From: Felis catus
Lineage: Eukaryota
NCBI RefSeq assembly: GCF_018350175.1
Contig: NC_058368.1
Span: 51,399,815-51,463,814, forward strand
DNA length: 64,000 nt
Direction: 5' to 3'
Part shown: in pieces, positions 60,199-64,000 of the stretch
Layout: each line of letters starts with the position of its first letter
How positions within the stretch are numbered: the first letter of the stretch is position 1
Notes under the pieces: generated by a model
The model's database searches: none
Told to the model about the DNA's origin: nothing
The model's input: only the letters and a program-made list of their open reading frames with translations
Made by a program: the position numbers and the translations under genes

Positions 60199-60364
60199 AG
60201 TCTAGCTATGCAAGATCCTTTTGAGATTGGTTCTCATGTATGTATACTGGTATCAACTGCTAACTCCTTTTAGCAGGTACTCACCTGCAAGGAAAAAGAA
60301 AACAGCTGGATTTGTATAGGATTAAATTTTATCAGATGAGTGCAACACACAGGGGAAAGGAAGA

Positions 60365-60876
60365 TGTGGTAAGCAGAATAATGACATCCAAAAATATCTT
60401 CCCCTTAGTCCCTGGAACCTGGGAATGTGTTGCCTTACATGATAAAAGGCCCTTGCAGAAGTGAATACATTATACATCTTGAGATGGAGAGATTATTCTG
60501 GATTACCTGGGTGGGCCCAATGTAATCACAAGGGTCCTTATAAATGAGCGAGGGTGGCGGGACAATCAAAGAAGTTGTAACAACAGAAACATGTCAGAGT
60601 AATGCAGTGTGAGAGAATAAAACAACCATAGCTGACTTTGAAGGTAGAAAAGGGCATTAACCCAAGGAATGCAGGCAGTGTCTAGAAGCTGGAAAAGGCA
60701 AGGGAATAAATTCTCTCCTAGAGCCTCCAAAAGAAATGCAGATTTACTGACACCTTGATTTTAGCACAGTGAGATCCACTTCGGACTCCAGACTTCCAAA
60801 ATTGTAGGATCATTTGTATTGTTTTAAGCCATCAAGTTTGCATAATTTGTTACAGCAGCAATAGAGAATTAATCCA
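60365..60876 (+). mobile_element. MaLR LTR (MLT1D-like), near full length
   Basis: tgtggtaagcagaataatg start; gagattattctggattacctgggtgggcccaatgtaatcacaagggtccttataa; tttgttacagcagcaatag end. Confidence 0.9.
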
Positions 60877-61142
60877 GATTAAGCAATGTTTTTTTTCTAA
60901 AAAGACCATGCTATCCAAGCTGGATAAAAAGGAAATTGAATCAAGGAGATGGCTAATGGATGAGGAGAAACAGAGGGGCCAATGACCGCAATAAAGGTGA
61001 TAAAGTAATGTAGCTAAATGGTATCTTATTTGCTGAAAAGAAATGCGTTTTTTTTTTTTAAGAAATGCTTGTTTTTAAATATATGGGGGGAAAATCTCAT
61101 TGGCATTATTTAAGTAAGTGTTTTTTAAAAAGACGGTGGATG

Positions 61143-63646
61143 TGCAGAGAAAGCATTTGACAAAATACAGCATCCTTTCTTGATAAAAACCCTCACGAAA
61201 GTAAGGATAGAAGGAGCATACCTCTAGATCATAAAAGCCATATGTGAATGACCCAATGCTAATATCATCCTCAATGGGGAAAAACTTTCCCCCTGACAGC
61301 TTTCCCCCTAAGGTCAGGAACAAGACACGGATGTCCACTCTCACCACTGTTATTCAACATAGTATTGGAAGTCTTAGCCTCTGTAATCAGACAACACAAA
61401 GAAATAAAAGACATCCAAATTGGCCAGGAGGAGGTCAGACTTCCACTCTTCGCAGATGACATGATACTCTATATGGAAAACCCAAAAGATTCCACCAAAA
61501 AACTGCTAGAATTGATTCGTGAATTCAGCAAAGCTGCAGGATATAAAATCAATGCATAGAAATCGATTACATTCCCATACACCAACAATGAAGCAACAGA
61601 AAGAGAAATCAAGGAATCGATCCCACTTACAGTTGCACAAAAAAACCATAAAATACCTAGGAATAAATCTAACCAAAGAGGTGAAAAATCTATACAATGA
61701 AAACTATAGAAACCTTACGAAAGAAATTGAAGAGGACACAAAAAAATGGAAAAAAGATTCCATGCTCCTGGATAGGAAGAACAAATATTGTTAAAATGTC
61801 AGTACTACCCAAAGCAATCTACATATTTAATGCAATCCCTATCAAAATAACACCAGCATTCTTCACAGAGCTAGAACAAATAATCCTAAAATTTGTATGG
61901 AACCAGAGAAGACCCCGAATAGCCAAAGCAATCTTGAAAAAGAAAACCAAAGCAGGAAGCATCACAATCCTGGACTTCAAGCTATACCACAAAGCTGTAA
62001 TCATCAAGACAGTATGGTACTGGCACAAAAACGGACACTCAGATCAATGGAACAGAATAGAGAACCCAGAAATGGACAAAGGTATGGCCAACTAATCTTT
62101 GACAAAGCAGGAAAGAATATCCAATGGAATAAAGACAGTCTCTTCAGCAAGTGGTGCTGGGAAAACTGGACAGCAACATGCAGAAGAATGAACCTGGACC
62201 ACTTTCTTACACCATACACAAAAATAAACTCAAAATGGATGAAAGACCTCAATGTAAGACAGGAAGCCATCAGAATCCTTGAGGAGAAAGCAGGCAAAAA
62301 CCTCTTTGATCTTGCCTGCAGCAACTTCTTACTCAACATGTCTCCAGAGGCAAGGGAAACCAAAGCAAAAATCAACTACTGGGACCTCATCAAAATAAAA
62401 AGCTTCTGCACAGCAAAGGAAACCATCAGCAAAACTAAAAGGCAACCTATGGAATGGAGAAGATATCTGCAAATGACATATCAGATAAAGGGTTAGTATC
62501 CCAAATCTATTAAGAACTTATCAAACTCAACAACCAAAAAACAAATAATCCAGTGAAGAAATGGGCAAAAGACATGAATAGACATTTCTCAAAAGAAGAT
62601 ATACAGATGGCCAACTGACACATGAAAAAATGCTCAACATCACTCATCTTCAGGGAAATACAAATCAAAATCACAATGAGATACCACCTCACACCTGTCA
62701 GAATGGCTAACATTAACAACTCAGGCAACAACCGATGTTGGTGAGGAGGCGGAGAAAGAGGATCTCTTTTGCAGTGTTGGTGGGAATGCAAGCTAGTGCA
62801 GCTACTCTGGAAAACAGTATGGAGGTTCCTCAAAAAACTAAAAATAGAACTACCCTATGACCCAGCAATTGCACTACTAGGCATTTATCCAAGGGATACA
62901 GGTGTGCTGTTTCGAAGGGACACATGCACCCCCATGTTTATGGCAGCACTATCAACAACAGCCAAAGTATGGAAAGAGTCCTAGTGTCCATCGATGGATG
63001 AATGGATAAAGAAGATGTGGTATATATATACAATTGAGTATTACTCGGCAATCAAAAAGAATGAAATCTTGCCGTTTGCAACTACGTGGATAGAACTGGA
63101 GGGTATTTGTAAAATTAGTAAGAGAAAGACAAATATCGTATGACTTCACTCATATGAGGACTTTAAGAGACAAAACAGATGAACATAAGGGAAGGAAAAC
63201 AAAAATAATATAAAAACAGGGAGGGGGACAAAACAGAAGAGACTCATAAATATGGAGAACAAACTGAGGGTTACCGGAGGGGTTGTTGGAGGGGGGATGG
63301 GCTAAAAGGATAAGGGGCACTAAGGAATCTACTCCTGAAATCATTGTTGCACTATATGCTAATTTGGATGTAAATTAAAAAAATGAAATATTAGGGGCGC
63401 CTGGGTGGCTCAGTCGGTTAAGTGTCCAACTTCGGCTCAGGTCATGATCTTGTGGTTCACGAGTTTAAGCCCCGTGTCAGGCTCTGTGCTGACAGCTCGG
63501 AGCCTGGAGCCTGCTTCCGATTCTGTGTCTCCCTCTCTCTCTGACCCTCCCCCCATTCATGCTCTGTCTCTCTCTGTCTCAAAAAATAAACATTAAAAAA
63601 AAAATTTAAAAAAAGAAATATTAAATAAATAAATAAATATAAAAAA
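61143..63646 (+). mobile_element. Relatively young felid L1, 5'-truncated (ORF2 RT and C-terminus plus 3' UTR), disrupted by frameshifts and stops, antisense to MYCBP2
   Basis: ORF2 fragments ([23 protein letters not shown]); TSD taaaaaga(cg/ta)gtggatg at 61126-61142 and 63647-63663. Confidence 0.95.
63394..63610 (+). mobile_element. Felid SINE inserted in the L1 A-rich tail
   Basis: Full head, body and tail; TSD gaaatatta. Confidence 0.95.
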
Positions 63647-64000
63647 TAAAAAGATAGTGGATGAAAAGTAGTCCAGAAACAGTAATTGGGAACAAGGAGA
63701 CTAACCACATCATTTTATTATTTTATATGCCCATCATAAGCAGAAAATGTTTCTTATTCATCTTTCTATTCTAAATACCCAGCATAATTCCTGCACATAG
63801 TCAGCATGCAATTAATGTTTTAGGAATAAATGAGTAACTTCTTTTTGTATCACTCTTATCACAAGCTGCTCCTAAAAAGCAGACATAAAACCTGAGGCCA
63901 AGAGAAGGAAGATTACTAAAGGCATAAAGCTAAAGACAGAAATGAAGGGATGGAAGACCTTGACTTCTCACCTCTTCCTGGATATCTTAGGATACCACTT

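Noticed and set aside
61244..62984. Multiple ORFs with reverse-transcriptase-like peptides (FADDMILY)
   Set aside because: Fragments of a 5'-truncated, frameshifted L1 ORF2; not an intact or novel RT system.
7470..63708. Recurrent ORFs resembling [14 protein letters not shown]..
   Set aside because: Incidental frames in SINEC copies. The SINE heads are tRNA-derived but are not tRNA genes.
54252..64000. MYCBP2 exon 2, promoter or CpG island
   Set aside because: No matching coding sequence or CpG island is present; they must lie beyond position 64000.

Overview
Mammalian genomic DNA, most likely a cat-family (Felidae) genome judging by the SINEC_Fc-type tRNA-derived SINEs and felid-type L1. 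It is AT-rich and lies entirely inside one large minus-strand gene, MYCBP2 (PAM/PHR1, the PHR-family RING-Cys-relay E3 ubiquitin ligase). I read 16 consecutive coding exons, numbered 3-18 by recalled human exon sizes. All have canonical AG/GT boundaries and splice into one stop-free frame of 2359 nt, covering the N-terminal region, the first half of the RCC1-like domain, a Cys-rich segment and a basic insert. Exons 1-2 and 19 onward lie outside the window. The introns hold about 23 carnivore SINEs, young and old L1s (one with a twin-priming 5' inversion), an MLT1 LTR, a probable ERVL LTR, hAT/MER elements, MIR/L2 relics and microsatellites. The most interesting signal missing from the ORF track is two extra frame-preserving, stop-free, phase 1-1 candidate cassette exons flanking exon 18 (72 nt at 10774-10845 and 60 nt at 2263-2322). 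Several weaker microexon and stop-introducing splice options lie nearby, suggesting an alternative-splicing hotspot in the RCC1-domain insert. I found no prokaryote-type system, RNA gene or CRISPR array. Repeat subfamily names and comparisons with human come from recall, not from a database search.
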